DNA from: Prochlorococcus sp. AG-424-P16
GTDB taxonomy: Bacteria > Cyanobacteriota > Cyanobacteriia > PCC-6307 > Cyanobiaceae
DNA: 64,000 nt
Assembly (NCBI GenBank): GCA_003213255.1
Contig: QCNI01000002.1
Span: 2,508 to 66,507 of the forward strand
Direction: 5' to 3'
This document shows, piece by piece, positions 53,127-64,000 of this stretch. The notes under the pieces are model-generated. The model was given only the letters and a program-made list of their open reading frames with translations. It made no database searches and was not told the origin of the DNA. The stretch's first letter is position 1, and every line of letters begins with the position of its first letter. The position numbers were made by a program, and so were the translations under genes.

Positions 53127-55652
53127 TTAGAAGTTAGCACCTGCTAGTTCTTGAGAAGATTCTTCAGAAGAAATATTTATTGTTACTTTTTTATTATCAT
53201 CTATATCAACTAAAGCATTATCTCCATCTTTTATTCTCCCAGAAAGAACTTCTTCAGCCAAACTATCTTCTAGTAAACGCATAACTGCCCTTCTTAAAGG
53301 TCTCGCTCCGTATGAAGGGTTGTAACCTTCTTCAACAAGCCTTTCTTTAAAAGCATCGGTTACATTTAATTTAATACCTTTATCTTGTAGTCGGATAAAA
53401 ACTTCTTGCAACATTATTTCAGCAATTTCTTTAACTTCATTTTTAGTTAATTGTCTGAATACAATTATTTCATCAAGTCTATTTAAAAATTCAGGTCTAA
53501 AGTATTGCTTAAGTTCTTCGTTAACTAATGATTTAATTCTATTATATTGGGTATCTTCAACTGAATCACCTGAAAATTCGAATCCTAGTCCGCCACCACC
53601 TTTCTCGATTACTTTTGAACCGATATTAGAGGTCATTATTAACAATGTATTTTTAAAATCTACAGTTCTACCTTTGGAGTCAGTTAATCTTCCGTCTTCA
53701 AGTAGTTGCAATAATAAGTTGAAAACATCTGGATGCGCTTTTTCAACTTCGTCAAATAAAACGACGGTATAAGGACGTTTTCTAACAGCTTCAGTAAGCT
53801 GACCACCTTCATTGAAACCAACATAGCCTGGAGGGGAGCCTATAAGTTTACTAACTGTATGTCTTTCCATGAATTCTGACATATCTAATCTGATCATTGC
53901 TTCTTCACTACCGAAGAAATATGAAGCCAATGATTTAGTCAATTCAGTTTTACCAACACCGGTGGGTCCAGAAAAGATAAAACTTGCTATGGGTCTATTA
54001 GGATTTTTTAATCCAACTCTTGCTCTTCTTATAGCTCTTGAGACAGCCTTTACAGCTTCATCTTGTCCAATAAGCCTTTGATGAAGTGTTTCCTCCATAT
54101 TAAGAAGCTTGACTGATTCTGTTTCTGTTAATTTTTGAACAGGCACGCCTGTCCATGAAGCTACAATGTGAGCTACATCCTCTTCACTAACAAGGGGACT
54201 TTGTAAAAGTTTTGAATCACTTTTTACAGAATTATCAGCATCAGATTGACCTTCAACTGTAGATTCTTTTTTATTGTCCAAAACTTCTTTAATTTTTGCA
54301 GACAATTCCATCTCTTTTTCGCGTAATTGGCCAGCTTGATCAAAATTTTGGTCTCTTACAGATTCTTCCTTCTGTTTTTGGACTTGTCTAAGTTCTCTAT
54401 CTATTTGTTTTGCTTCAGGCGGAAGTTTAGAGTTCATTAAACGTACTCTACTTCCAGCCTCGTCGATGAGGTCAATAGCCTTATCAGGTAAAAATCTGTC
54501 AGATATATAACGATCTCCTAAATGAGCGGCGGCCTCTAGCGCATCATCAGTAATCTTGAGACGATGATGTTGTTCGTAACGCTCTCTAAGACCTTTTAAA
54601 ATTTCGATTGTATCTTCTATGGATGGCTCCCCTACCATTACAGGCTGGAATCTTCTTTCTAAAGCTGCATCTCTTTCAATATGTTTTCTATATTCATCTA
54701 GAGTTGTTGCCCCAATACATTGAAGTTCCCCTCTAGCTAATGCTGGCTTAAGTATATTTGCTGCATCTATAGCTCCTTCAGCAGCTCCAGCACCAATTAA
54801 AGTATGTACTTCATCTATGACAAGAATGACGTTACCTGCTGATTTAATTTCTTCCATTATTTTTTTTAACCTTTCTTCAAATTCACCTCTATATTTTGTT
54901 CCTGCTACCAAAAGACCTATATCAAGTGTCAAAACTCTTTTATCTTCAAGTATGTCTGGGATATCCCCAGTTTGTATTCTTTGAGCTAAACCTTCTGCGA
55001 TAGCTGTTTTACCTACACCTGGCTCGCCAATAAGAACAGGATTATTTTTTGTCCTCCTACCAAGTATTTGGACTACACGATCTATTTCTGAATGGCGTCC
55101 GACAACCGGATCTAATTTTGATTCACTTGCTAATTTTGTTAAATTTGTTCCAAATTCATCAAGAGTAGCAGTTTTTAAGTTTCCCTTGGTTGTACTTGCC
55201 CCTGTTCCAACTTCGGCGGTTTCACCAAGCATCCTTATAACTTGAGTTCTAACTTTTGTAAGGTCAATATTAAGATTTTCAAGAACTCTTGCAGCCACAC
55301 CTTCACCTTCTCTTATTAAACCTAATAATAAATGTTCTGTACCTATGTAATTGTGACCAAGTTGACGAGCCTCTTCTAAAGATAGTTCTAAAACTCTTTT
55401 AGCCCTAGGAGTAAAGGGTATTTCTACAGCTACAAACCCTGAACCTCTACCAATTATCTTTTCCACCTCTATCCTTGAATCTTTTAAATTAACTCCAAGT
55501 GATTTAAGTACTTTTGCTGCTACTCCAGTTCCTTCTCCAATTAACCCCAAAAGAATTTGTTCAGTTCCAACAAAATTATGACCAAGTCTTCGAGCTTCCT
55601 CTTGAGCAAGCATAATGACTTTTATAGCCTTTTCTGTAAATCTCTCAAACAT
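53127..55652 (-). CDS. clpC: ATP-dependent Clp protease ATP-binding subunit
   Basis: MFERFTEKA, two Walker A motifs, UVR-like coiled coil, GGLGF loop. Confidence 0.97.
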   Translation of the reverse strand: MFERFTEKAIKVIMLAQEEARRLGHNFVGTEQILLGLIGEGTGVAAKVLKSLGVNLKDSRIEVEKIIGRGSGFVAVEIPFTPRAKRVLELSLEEARQLGHNYIGTEHLLLGLIREGEGVAARVLENLNIDLTKVRTQVIRMLGETAEVGTGASTTKGNLKTATLDEFGTNLTKLASESKLDPVVGRHSEIDRVVQILGRRTKNNPVLIGEPGVGKTAIAEGLAQRIQTGDIPDILEDKRVLTLDIGLLVAGTKYRGEFEERLKKIMEEIKSAGNVILVIDEVHTLIGAGAAEGAIDAANILKPALARGELQCIGATTLDEYRKHIERDAALERRFQPVMVGEPSIEDTIEILKGLRERYEQHHRLKITDDALEAAAHLGDRYISDRFLPDKAIDLIDEAGSRVRLMNSKLPPEAKQIDRELRQVQKQKEESVRDQNFDQAGQLREKEMELSAKIKEVLDNKKESTVEGQSDADNSVKSDSKLLQSPLVSEEDVAHIVASWTGVPVQKLTETESVKLLNMEETLHQRLIGQDEAVKAVSRAIRRARVGLKNPNRPIASFIFSGPTGVGKTELTKSLASYFFGSEEAMIRLDMSEFMERHTVSKLIGSPPGYVGFNEGGQLTEAVRKRPYTVVLFDEVEKAHPDVFNLLLQLLEDGRLTDSKGRTVDFKNTLLIMTSNIGSKVIEKGGGGLGFEFSGDSVEDTQYNRIKSLVNEELKQYFRPEFLNRLDEIIVFRQLTKNEVKEIAEIMLQEVFIRLQDKGIKLNVTDAFKERLVEEGYNPSYGARPLRRAVMRLLEDSLAEEVLSGRIKDGDNALVDIDDNKKVTINISSEESSQELAGANF

Positions 55653-55800
55653 TAGAAGATTAGATTTCTATTAATAACCTACCAGTAATATGTCAATATT
55701 GTGTTCAGAATGAGCTTTTGTGAATACCCAAAAGTATAATTTATCAAATTATATTGAACTTTTTTAGTGATATAGCAGGAAATTATAGTAATTTCAAGGA

Positions 55801-55816
55801 TTCTGGTTATCCGAAC
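55801..55816 (-). promoter_or_regulatory. K-box-like element upstream of clpC
   Basis: Minus strand GTTCGG-ATAA-CCAGAA versus consensus GTTCGG-NNAN-CCNNAC (one mismatch). Confidence 0.45.
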
Positions 55817-55831
55817 ATTAAAATTTTTACA

Positions 55832-56272
55832 TTAATTAGTTGTTAATTTTTTTTCTTTTAAAAGAGCATGTGAACCATCTTTATAATAATTTTTTCTCAT
55901 TCCCACAGTAGAAAAATCAAAGCGACTATAAAATCTTTCAGCATTAACATTGCTTTGAGAAACCTCTAATAGTAATTTCTTTAAATTTAATTTTTCACAT
56001 TTGTTTATTAAATAGCTCATAAGATAAGATCCAAATCCCTTTTTTCTAAATTTTTTATTTACAACAAAATAATTTATTTGAGCTTCATCAAGAACAACTT
56101 GAAAAACACATATACCAATGACTAAATTTTTAATTAATAACACAAATATTTTTGTACCATCTTTTTTGAATTCGTTACCCCATTGTTCTTTACTCCATAG
56201 CGAAATCGTTTTTGAATCTAATTCATAACATAAATCAATATCTTTCTTATTTATTTGTTTAATAGATATCAT
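55832..56272 (-). CDS. rimI: GNAT acetyltransferase, RimI-like
   Basis: RKKGFG, LLEV..SN..A..FY, RKNYY. Confidence 0.85.
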   Translation of the reverse strand: MISIKQINKKDIDLCYELDSKTISLWSKEQWGNEFKKDGTKIFVLLIKNLVIGICVFQVVLDEAQINYFVVNKKFRKKGFGSYLMSYLINKCEKLNLKKLLLEVSQSNVNAERFYSRFDFSTVGMRKNYYKDGSHALLKEKKLTTN

Positions 56273-56359
56273 TTATTATGTATTTATATTTAGAAAGTTC
56301 AAATCTAAAGTCATTATAAAATATGACAGTTTTGGCAAAGCTTTATTTATACTTCTCCC

Positions 56360-57733
56360 ATGGAAGAAAAACAATCTTTTCTAAAACAAAAAATTGACTT
56401 GGAAAGTCCTAACAGAAATATTATTCCTATTACCACATCTATTGAAGGAGATGGGAAATTGTCAGTTGGTGGATGTTCTATTGAAGAACTAGTTAAAAAA
56501 TATGATTCTCCTCTATACATTTTAGATGAAGTCACCTTAAGAAATTCTTGTAAAGCGTACAAAAAAGCATTAGAAAAATACTACCCAGGGAAATCCCTGC
56601 CCATATATGCTTCCAAGGCAAACAGTTCCATTTTCATGAGTAGTCTTGTTTCTTCGGAAGGTTTAGGACTTGATGCTGTTTCAGAAGGAGAACTATTAAC
56701 TGCTATTAAAGGTGGGGTTCCTAATGAAAAAATTGTTTTTCATGGTAACAACAAATCAGACAAAGAATTAGAGTTCGCAGTTAGGAATAATATTAAGGTT
56801 ATTGTAGATAATGATTACGACTTAGAAAGATTAGATGAGATCTCAAATTCATTTAATCATGATCTAGAAATAATGATTCGTTTTACACCTGGCATAGAAT
56901 GCCATACACATGAATATATTAGAACTGGATCATTTGATAGCAAATTTGGTTTCGGAATAGAATATTTAAATATTCTATTTAACAAAATAAGCAATACAAA
57001 GCACCTAAAATTAAAAGGTTTACATGCTCATATCGGTTCACAGATTTTTGAACTAGACCCTCATAAGGATCTAGGAGAAATAATGGTAAGGGTTATCTTA
57101 GACGCCAAAAAATTTGGTCATAATATTGAGGAACTAAATGTTGGCGGGGGTTTAGGTATCAGGTATACAGAAAGTGATGACCCCCCTTCAATTGATGAAT
57201 GGGTAAAAACAATTTCTTCTTCCGTTGTTGCAGCTTGTAAAAAAAACAACTTAGATTTTCCTACATTAATGTGCGAACCCGGTAGATCTATTGTATCTAC
57301 AGCAGGTATAACCATTTACAAAATTGGGGCTTTTAAAGAAATTCCTGGTATTAGAACATATTTATCTGTTGATGGTGGTATGAGTGATAATCCAAGACCA
57401 ATTACATATCAATCAAATTATTCCGCATGTTTAGTAAGTAATCCATTTAATATTAATTCCAAAATTAAATATACTATTGCTGGTAAGCACTGCGAATCGG
57501 GAGATGTATTGTTTAAAGAAATTGAACTAGCAGAGTGTAAAACAGGAGACCTTATATGTGTTTTTGGTACTGGTGCATACAATAATTCAATGAGTTCTAA
57601 CTACAACAGAATTCCAAGACCTGCTGCTCTATTAGTTAAAGATGGAGAGGCAGAAATTATTCAAAAAAGAGAAAGCCCATTGGATCTTTTAAAATATGAT
57701 GTTTTACCTGATCGCTTTATCAAACAAAATTAG
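56360..57733 (+). CDS. lysA: Diaminopimelate decarboxylase
   Basis: YASKA, HAHIGSQ, EPGRS, HCESGD. Confidence 0.96.
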   Translation: MEEKQSFLKQKIDLESPNRNIIPITTSIEGDGKLSVGGCSIEELVKKYDSPLYILDEVTLRNSCKAYKKALEKYYPGKSLPIYASKANSSIFMSSLVSSEGLGLDAVSEGELLTAIKGGVPNEKIVFHGNNKSDKELEFAVRNNIKVIVDNDYDLERLDEISNSFNHDLEIMIRFTPGIECHTHEYIRTGSFDSKFGFGIEYLNILFNKISNTKHLKLKGLHAHIGSQIFELDPHKDLGEIMVRVILDAKKFGHNIEELNVGGGLGIRYTESDDPPSIDEWVKTISSSVVAACKKNNLDFPTLMCEPGRSIVSTAGITIYKIGAFKEIPGIRTYLSVDGGMSDNPRPITYQSNYSACLVSNPFNINSKIKYTIAGKHCESGDVLFKEIELAECKTGDLICVFGTGAYNNSMSSNYNRIPRPAALLVKDGEAEIIQKRESPLDLLKYDVLPDRFIKQN

Positions 57734-57761
57734 GTACATTTAAATTAATTTTGTATTTAGT

Positions 57762-58670
57762 GTGAATTTTTGGGGGATTATAAATTTAAAGCTTATATTA
57801 GATGTCTTATTTGCTATTGGTTTCGGACTATTATTATTCTCTAGGGTAAAAGAACAACGGACATTATGGCTTCTAAGAGGATATTTGTTTTTAGTATCAT
57901 TCGCATGGTTTATTCAAAGATATGCATACTTACCACTAACATCAAAATTAATTGATGCAGTAGTCCTCGCTTGCTCTCTCTCATTAGCGATCCTTTGGCA
58001 AGGAGAGTTAAGAAGATTAATGGAACTATTAGGTACTGGGAGGCTAGCTGTATTACTTGGGAATCCCCCAAAGGAATTTAGGGCAACTTCAACTACCATT
58101 ACTCAGTTAGTTGATACTGCCGGTAAACTCTCTCAAAATAGAAGAGGTGCTTTAATCGTTGTAGATTTGGGGAGTGATTTAAGACCTGAAGATTTTTTAT
58201 ATTCAGGTACTAATATACAAGCACAATTATCAACTGACCTTTTAATAAATCTTTTTGCTACAGATACGCCTTTACATGATGGAGCAGTTCTTGTGAAAGG
58301 AAATAAAATAATTTCTGCAGGCGTAATACTTCCTCTCTCAAGACAAGGAATAAGTAGATATGGCACAAGACACTTAGCAGCATTAGGAATTACAGAAAGA
58401 TTTGACAGATGTATTTGTATTGTTGTTTCAGAAGAAACAGGTACGTTATCATTAGCAAACCAAGGCAAACTCGAGAGGCCAATAACCAGCAGCAGGTTAC
58501 AAGAACTTCTTGCAAAATTGATTGGGAATCAAAACTCTATGGGAGCAAATAAAGCATCTTTAAGTAAAAATGTTTCATCTCAAAAGACAGACTCGAGTGA
58601 TAATATAATCGGTGATATTAATAAAAAAGAGTCAGAAAAATCAGAACTTTTTATTAACAAAAAGGATTAA
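57762..58670 (+). CDS. cdaA: Diadenylate cyclase
   Basis: Three TMs plus DAC domain (LHDGA, GTRHLAA, VSEETG). Confidence 0.92.
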   Translation: MNFWGIINLKLILDVLFAIGFGLLLFSRVKEQRTLWLLRGYLFLVSFAWFIQRYAYLPLTSKLIDAVVLACSLSLAILWQGELRRLMELLGTGRLAVLLGNPPKEFRATSTTITQLVDTAGKLSQNRRGALIVVDLGSDLRPEDFLYSGTNIQAQLSTDLLINLFATDTPLHDGAVLVKGNKIISAGVILPLSRQGISRYGTRHLAALGITERFDRCICIVVSEETGTLSLANQGKLERPITSSRLQELLAKLIGNQNSMGANKASLSKNVSSQKTDSSDNIIGDINKKESEKSELFINKKD

Positions 58671-58673
58671 CTA

Positions 58674-59477
58674 ATGAGTTTAGAAAAAGTAATAGACGAT
58701 AAAATTACTGACTTATTAATGAAAATAGATAAGCAGAAATTGCCCAAGCACATAGCAATAATAATGGACGGCAATGGGAGATGGGCAACTAGAAAAGGTT
58801 TGCCCCGATCATTTGGACATAAGCAGGGAGTTAGTGTATTAAAAAAAATTCTCAAAGCTGCAAAAAATTTAGGTTGTAAAGTAATTACTGTTTATGCTTT
58901 TTCAACTGAGAATTGGACAAGACCCTCAAAAGAGGTTGATTTTCTCATAAATCTTTTTAGCGAAGTTTTGAAAAAGGAAATTGATGAAATACATGAAGAA
59001 TCAACAAAAATAAAATTTATTGGAGATTTAACTCCTTTCCCGAAAAATTTAAAAGAAATAATATCTAGTTCAGAATCACTTACTAAAAACAACAATAAAT
59101 TTTTATTCAATGTTTGTGTTAATTACGGAGGTAGGCAAGAAATAGTAAAAGTTGCAAAAGAACTAGCATTAAAATCATCTTCTGGGGAAATAAATCCAAC
59201 TGAAATTAATGAAGAATTGTTTAATTCACAACTATTAACACGAGGAATTAAAGATCCAGAATTACTAATAAGAACTAGTGGTGAAAAAAGGATAAGTAAT
59301 TTTTTATTATGGCAATTAGCATATTCAGAAATTTATATATCTGACGTACTTTGGCCAGAGTTCAATGAGCATGAATTTCTTAAAGCAATAATTGATTACC
59401 AATCAAGAAATAGACGTTTCGGCGGTATAGAATCATTACCAAATGAATCTTTTAAAGATTCTCAATATATTTCCTAA
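58674..59477 (+). CDS. uppS: Undecaprenyl diphosphate synthase
   Basis: [30 protein letters not shown]. Confidence 0.96.
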   Translation: MSLEKVIDDKITDLLMKIDKQKLPKHIAIIMDGNGRWATRKGLPRSFGHKQGVSVLKKILKAAKNLGCKVITVYAFSTENWTRPSKEVDFLINLFSEVLKKEIDEIHEESTKIKFIGDLTPFPKNLKEIISSSESLTKNNNKFLFNVCVNYGGRQEIVKVAKELALKSSSGEINPTEINEELFNSQLLTRGIKDPELLIRTSGEKRISNFLLWQLAYSEIYISDVLWPEFNEHEFLKAIIDYQSRNRRFGGIESLPNESFKDSQYIS

Positions 59478-59482
59478 TAAAA

Positions 59483-60490
59483 ATGGCTAATTCTAATAAT
59501 CAGTTATTAAAAGAAATTAGGTTCGATTGGAACAAAGAGGAGATATTGGAAATACTTAATATGCCTCTCATTGATTTGATGTGGGAATCACAAACCGTTC
59601 ACAGGAAATTTAACAAATACGATATTCAATTAGCATCATTGTTTAGCGTAAAAACTGGTGGATGCGAGGAAAATTGTTCGTACTGTAGCCAATCAATTTA
59701 TAGTGCTAGCGAAATCAAAAGTCATCCACAGTTTCAAGTTAAAGAGGTTTTAGCAAGAGCTCAAGTAGCAAAAATTGAGGGTGCTGATAGGTTTTGTATG
59801 GGTTGGGCGTGGAGAGAAATTAGAGATGGGAAATCTTTTAATGCAATGTTGGAGATGGTTAGAGGTGTAAGAGATTTAGGGATGGAAGCATGCGTTACTG
59901 CTGGGATGCTTACAGAAGAACAAGCTTACAAACTGGCTGATGCAGGCTTGACCGCGTATAACCACAATCTTGATACTAGTCCTGAGCATTATAAAAATAT
60001 TATTACGACTAGAACTTATCAAGACAGATTAGACACTATCAAAAGAGTAAGGAATGCAGGAATAAATGTTTGTTGTGGAGGAATAATAGGCTTGGGGGAA
60101 ACTAATGGCGATAGAGCATCTCTTTTGGAAGTGCTTTCAAACATGAATCCACACCCTGAAAGTGTTCCTATAAATTCATTAGTAGCTATTGAAGGCACTG
60201 GTTTAGAAGATAATCAAGAGATTGATTCTATTGAAATGATAAGGATGATAGCTACAGCACGAATTCTTATGCCCAAAAGTAAAATAAGACTAAGTGCAGG
60301 GAGAGAAAAGTTTACAAAAGAAGCCCAAATATTATGTTTTCAATGTGGGGCAAATTCAATTTTTTATGGAGATGAGTTACTCACAACTTCAAATCCATCT
60401 TTTCAATCAGACAGAAAACTTCTTAAAGAGGTGGGAGTATCATTTAACAAAAATTTTGAAACTTGTGAAAAAACATTATCTTCTTTATGA
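59483..60490 (+). CDS. bioB: Biotin synthase
   Basis: [22 protein letters not shown]. Confidence 0.96.
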   Translation: MANSNNQLLKEIRFDWNKEEILEILNMPLIDLMWESQTVHRKFNKYDIQLASLFSVKTGGCEENCSYCSQSIYSASEIKSHPQFQVKEVLARAQVAKIEGADRFCMGWAWREIRDGKSFNAMLEMVRGVRDLGMEACVTAGMLTEEQAYKLADAGLTAYNHNLDTSPEHYKNIITTRTYQDRLDTIKRVRNAGINVCCGGIIGLGETNGDRASLLEVLSNMNPHPESVPINSLVAIEGTGLEDNQEIDSIEMIRMIATARILMPKSKIRLSAGREKFTKEAQILCFQCGANSIFYGDELLTTSNPSFQSDRKLLKEVGVSFNKNFETCEKTLSSL

Positions 60491-61419
60491 AAGGCAAAAA
60501 TTATAAGATAGTTTCTCTTTACTCTTTCTTCCCATTTCAAGAAAACTTAATTCTTGATCTAAAAAATAAATTATTAGAAATCGAAAATGAATACGATCTT
60601 TCAGGTTTGTTAATTTTTGCAAGTGAGGGTATTAATGGAACTATTTGTGCCGAAAAAAATGTAATTGATTTTGTTATCAATTTACTTAATAAGTTTGCAG
60701 GTAATAGAAATTTGAATATAAAAGTAAACTTTTCTAAAGAGAAAGTCTTCAAAAAATTAAAAATAAAAATCAAAAAAGAAATAGTTACCATGGGTGTCTC
60801 TGAAATAAACCCTGCAGAAAATAATGGGACCTATATTGACCCAGCTGATTGGAATAAGTTAATTAAAAATCAAAATACACTAGTCATTGATACTAGAAAT
60901 CATTATGAGGTTTCTTTAGGTACATTTCAGAACTCTATAAACCCAAATACTAGATACTTTAGCGAATTCCCCAAGTGGGTAGATGATCATTTAGAAACCC
61001 ATTTAGAAAATAAACAGAATACAAATATCGCAATGTTTTGTACGGGAGGAATAAGATGTGAAAAAGCTACTAGTTTACTGAAAAAGAAAGGTTATAAAAA
61101 TATTTATCACCTACAAGGTGGTATCCTTCAATACCTTGACGACATACCAAAAGAAAAAAACTTATTTGAAGGTGAATGTTATGTTTTTGATAAAAGAGTT
61201 GCTTTAGATCAAGATTTAGAAAAAGGCTCTTACTCGATTTGTCATGCATGTGGAATGCCAATTTCAATTCAAGATCAAGAAAGAAAAGAATATAGAAAGG
61301 GTATCCAATGTCATTTCTGCATAGACCAATTCAGCGATGATGATAGGAAAAGGTTTGAAGAAAGACAAAAACAGATTGATAGATCAAAAGTGGAAAATCA
61401 TAAAATCCATAAGAACTAA
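60487..61419 (+). CDS. trhO: Rhodanese-domain tRNA uridine(34) hydroxylase (UPF0176)
   Basis: [30 protein letters not shown]. Confidence 0.88.
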   Translation: MKGKNYKIVSLYSFFPFQENLILDLKNKLLEIENEYDLSGLLIFASEGINGTICAEKNVIDFVINLLNKFAGNRNLNIKVNFSKEKVFKKLKIKIKKEIVTMGVSEINPAENNGTYIDPADWNKLIKNQNTLVIDTRNHYEVSLGTFQNSINPNTRYFSEFPKWVDDHLETHLENKQNTNIAMFCTGGIRCEKATSLLKKKGYKNIYHLQGGILQYLDDIPKEKNLFEGECYVFDKRVALDQDLEKGSYSICHACGMPISIQDQERKEYRKGIQCHFCIDQFSDDDRKRFEERQKQIDRSKVENHKIHKN

Positions 61420-61430
61420 TTTTCAAAATC

Positions 61431-61931
61431 ATGAAAGTTGAAGAATTAGAAAAATTAGCAGGTTCCATTGGATTATTAATTAAAATTCAAGTTAGAGAAA
61501 CTATCGGATTATGTTTCTTTAGAATTGTGATTGCAGAACAGAAAGATAACATAATTAAGATTTGGGCCGAAATGAAAGGTTGGACTTATTTAAATAAACA
61601 AGGTATTCAGCTTGATACATTAAGAATCCTTAGTAAAGCTCCTGCTTTTGTTTCGGAATTAATATGGGCAACAACTATGGCTTGGGCAATTGAAAAAAAA
61701 TCAAGCAACAAAGTAAGACTTTTAGCTATTTTTGATAGTGAAGGATATAGTAAAAAACTTGTAAGATATTTCAAGTTAATAGGATTCAAAATTGTCAAAG
61801 AAGTTGGTTCTAGCCCAGTAGATCTTTTATTAAGATTGGTCTGGGGAGGTGCTGGTACACTAATGAACGGGGAATGTATTTCAATATTAAAAAGACTTGA
61901 AAAGAAATTCTCTTTAATTGAAGAAAGTTAA
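61431..61931 (+). CDS. Conserved hypothetical protein, possibly GNAT-like
   Basis: QLDTLRI, LVRYFKLIGF, LVWGGAG. Confidence 0.65.
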   Translation: MKVEELEKLAGSIGLLIKIQVRETIGLCFFRIVIAEQKDNIIKIWAEMKGWTYLNKQGIQLDTLRILSKAPAFVSELIWATTMAWAIEKKSSNKVRLLAIFDSEGYSKKLVRYFKLIGFKIVKEVGSSPVDLLLRLVWGGAGTLMNGECISILKRLEKKFSLIEES

Positions 61932-62827
61932 CCCGCGTGATAACTACTTCTTACTAGAGGGCCAGAAGATACTTTTTTGAATCCTAATTCCTTAGAGAAG
62001 CGATATAAATATTCAAATTCTAATGGATCCCAATATTTCTTAACTGGCAAATGATTGAATGAAGGCCTTAAATATTGGCCAATTGTAATTTGATCACAAT
62101 CTATTTTTTTAAGATCATAAATTGTATTTTTTATTTCATCCAATGTTTCTCCAAGTCCTAACATAATGCCTGATTTAGTTTGAATATGAGGAGCAATATC
62201 CTTTGACTTTTTTAGTAAAATGAGGGATTTTTTGTAATTTGCACCCCTCCTAACTTCTTTTTGAAGTCTTTCAACAGTTTCAAGATTGTGATTAAAGCAT
62301 ATTGGATCTTTTTCTAAAATCATCTTCAATCTCTCAGTCTGAAGGTTATTTGTTTCATCAAGATTTTTGCCTCCACCCCATAAATCAGGAGTTAAAACTT
62401 CAATTTTAATTGTTGAATCAATTTTTCTAATCTCATCAATTGTAGATATAAATAAATTTGCACCATGATCAGAGAGATCGTCTCTAGCTACAGATGTCAA
62501 AACAACATATTTCAGATTTAGTACTTTCACTGCTTCAGCGACTTTAGTACATTCATCAATATTGACAGCACTAGGTCTACCTTTATTTACCTGACAAAAA
62601 GCACATGAACGAGAACATATCGATCCACCCAGTAAGAAGGTGGCTGTTCCTGAGGCATAACATTCCGCTCTATTTGGACATCTTGCTTCTTCACAAATAG
62701 TATGAATATTTGATTTTTTGATGAGTGTTTGTATTTTTTCGAATTCTGAAGCTTTACTAATAGGAAATTTAATCCAAGAAGGAAGTCTTAAGATTTTTTC
62801 TCTCTGGATTAGATAATTGTCTTTCAT
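61928..62827 (-). CDS. lipA: Lipoyl synthase
   Basis: CEEARCPNRAEC, CSRSCAFC, VRSSYHA. Confidence 0.96.
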   Translation of the reverse strand: MKDNYLIQREKILRLPSWIKFPISKASEFEKIQTLIKKSNIHTICEEARCPNRAECYASGTATFLLGGSICSRSCAFCQVNKGRPSAVNIDECTKVAEAVKVLNLKYVVLTSVARDDLSDHGANLFISTIDEIRKIDSTIKIEVLTPDLWGGGKNLDETNNLQTERLKMILEKDPICFNHNLETVERLQKEVRRGANYKKSLILLKKSKDIAPHIQTKSGIMLGLGETLDEIKNTIYDLKKIDCDQITIGQYLRPSFNHLPVKKYWDPLEFEYLYRFSKELGFKKVSSGPLVRSSYHAG

Positions 62828-62830
62828 TGT

Positions 62831-63430
62831 CTAATTTAGTTTTGTTCTTCCTTCTAACGCCCTTGCAAGTGTAACTTCATCCACATATTCAAGTTCACTG
62901 CCCATTGGGAGCCCATATGCAATCCTCGTAACTTTAGTAAAAGGGGCTAACAATTTTCCAATATAAAGACTTGTTGTATCTCCCTCAACACTTGGGGTCA
63001 ATGCCAATATGATCTCATCTATTTCAGACTTACTAACTCTTTCTACCAAGCTTCTTATTTCTAAGAGTTCGGGGCCAACAGAATCCATTGGGGATATTAA
63101 ACCACCAATAACATGGTAAACACCTTTAAATTCTCTGGCGCGCTCCAAAGCCAGCAAATCTTTAGTTTCTGCTACTACACAGATTAGTTTTTGATTTCTT
63201 TCAGTATTTCTACAAATTTCGCATTCATCTTCTGAAGTCAAATTGAAACATTTTTTGCAACGACCAACATTACTATGTGCTTCTAACAGAGCCTTTGAAA
63301 ATTCTCTTATTGTACTTTCAGGTTGTTTTAAAATAAACAGGGCTAATCGTTGCGCTGTTCTTGGACCAATCCCTGGGAATTTCTCAAAATGACCGATTAA
63401 TTTTGAAAGTGGTTTGGTATAAGTAATCAA
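62831..63430 (-). CDS. recR: Recombination protein RecR
   Basis: [11 protein letters not shown]4 zinc finger, TOPRIM domain. Confidence 0.96.
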   Translation of the reverse strand: MITYTKPLSKLIGHFEKFPGIGPRTAQRLALFILKQPESTIREFSKALLEAHSNVGRCKKCFNLTSEDECEICRNTERNQKLICVVAETKDLLALERAREFKGVYHVIGGLISPMDSVGPELLEIRSLVERVSKSEIDEIILALTPSVEGDTTSLYIGKLLAPFTKVTRIAYGLPMGSELEYVDEVTLARALEGRTKLN

Positions 63431-63533
63431 AATTAAACTATTTCTAGAGATAATTTAGACGCAAAATTCCGAATTGCCATAATTGTTTGCTTTTAATGTC
63501 TTATTATGTTTTTAGTTAGTAATTTCAAACAAA

Positions 63534-64000
63534 ATGAAAAATATTAAATTTAACCCTTTCAAATATTTATTGTTGGTTTTTTTGTGCTTAACACTGAGTG
63601 CTTGTAGTGGCGGACTAAATGCGGGATTAGAAGCTTATCAGAGTCCAGATGGTAGATATGCCTTTTTGTATCCAACAGGATGGACTAGAGTAAAAGTCGA
63701 TGGAGGACCTGAAATAATTTATCATGATTTAATAAATAGTAATGAGACCTTAAGTTTAGTTATTTCTGATGTCAATAAAGATGTTCAATTAGAGCAATTA
63801 GGAAGCCCAAGTGAAGTAGGTCAAACATTAATTGATAAAGTCATTGCTCCCGAAGGTTCAGGTAGAGAGGTAAAACTTATAAATTCCAATAAGAGGGAGG
63901 CATCCAATCATATTTTCTATGATTTAGAGTATGAATTAAATTTAAATGAGCAGGCAAGACATGAATTAGCTACTGTCGTAATTGATAGAGGAACACTTTA
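63534..64000 (+). CDS. psbP: Photosystem II CyanoP lipoprotein (3'-truncated by window edge)
   Basis: Manual translation MKNIKF...LSAC lipobox, YAFLYPTGW, LGSPSEVG, YDLEY; missing from the ORF track because there is no stop in the window. Confidence 0.9.
   Translation, partial: MKNIKFNPFKYLLLVFLCLTLSACSGGLNAGLEAYQSPDGRYAFLYPTGWTRVKVDGGPEIIYHDLINSNETLSLVISDVNKDVQLEQLGSPSEVGQTLIDKVIAPEGSGREVKLINSNKREASNHIFYDLEYELNLNEQARHELATVVIDRGTL

Overview
Very AT-rich, gene-dense cyanobacterial chromosome segment. Gene content and order (chlI, cytM-petG, trxA-Yfr1-guaB, crtL, zwf-opcA, petH without a CpcD domain, sasA, psbP) point to a high-light Prochlorococcus; this assignment is inferred, not searched. 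From about 8 kb to the end it is ordinary core genome, including tRNA-Glu(TTC) and the Yfr1 sRNA. The first 7 kb look accessory. They hold the end of a COG0523 GTPase plus a WD40 gene, an unannotated 51-aa twin-CX3C microprotein behind an NtcA-type promoter, a roughly 310-nt promoter-to-terminator unit carrying only two tiny ORFs, and small Cys-rich ORFs. The best candidate for an uncharacterised system is a tight three-gene operon (circularly permuted ATP-grasp ligase, alpha-E protein, transglutaminase-like protein) preceded by a GTA-N8-TAC NtcA box, with no adjacent Anbu peptidase gene. I saw no CRISPR array, rRNA, integrase or transposase. All calls come from motif recognition; no database searches were run.
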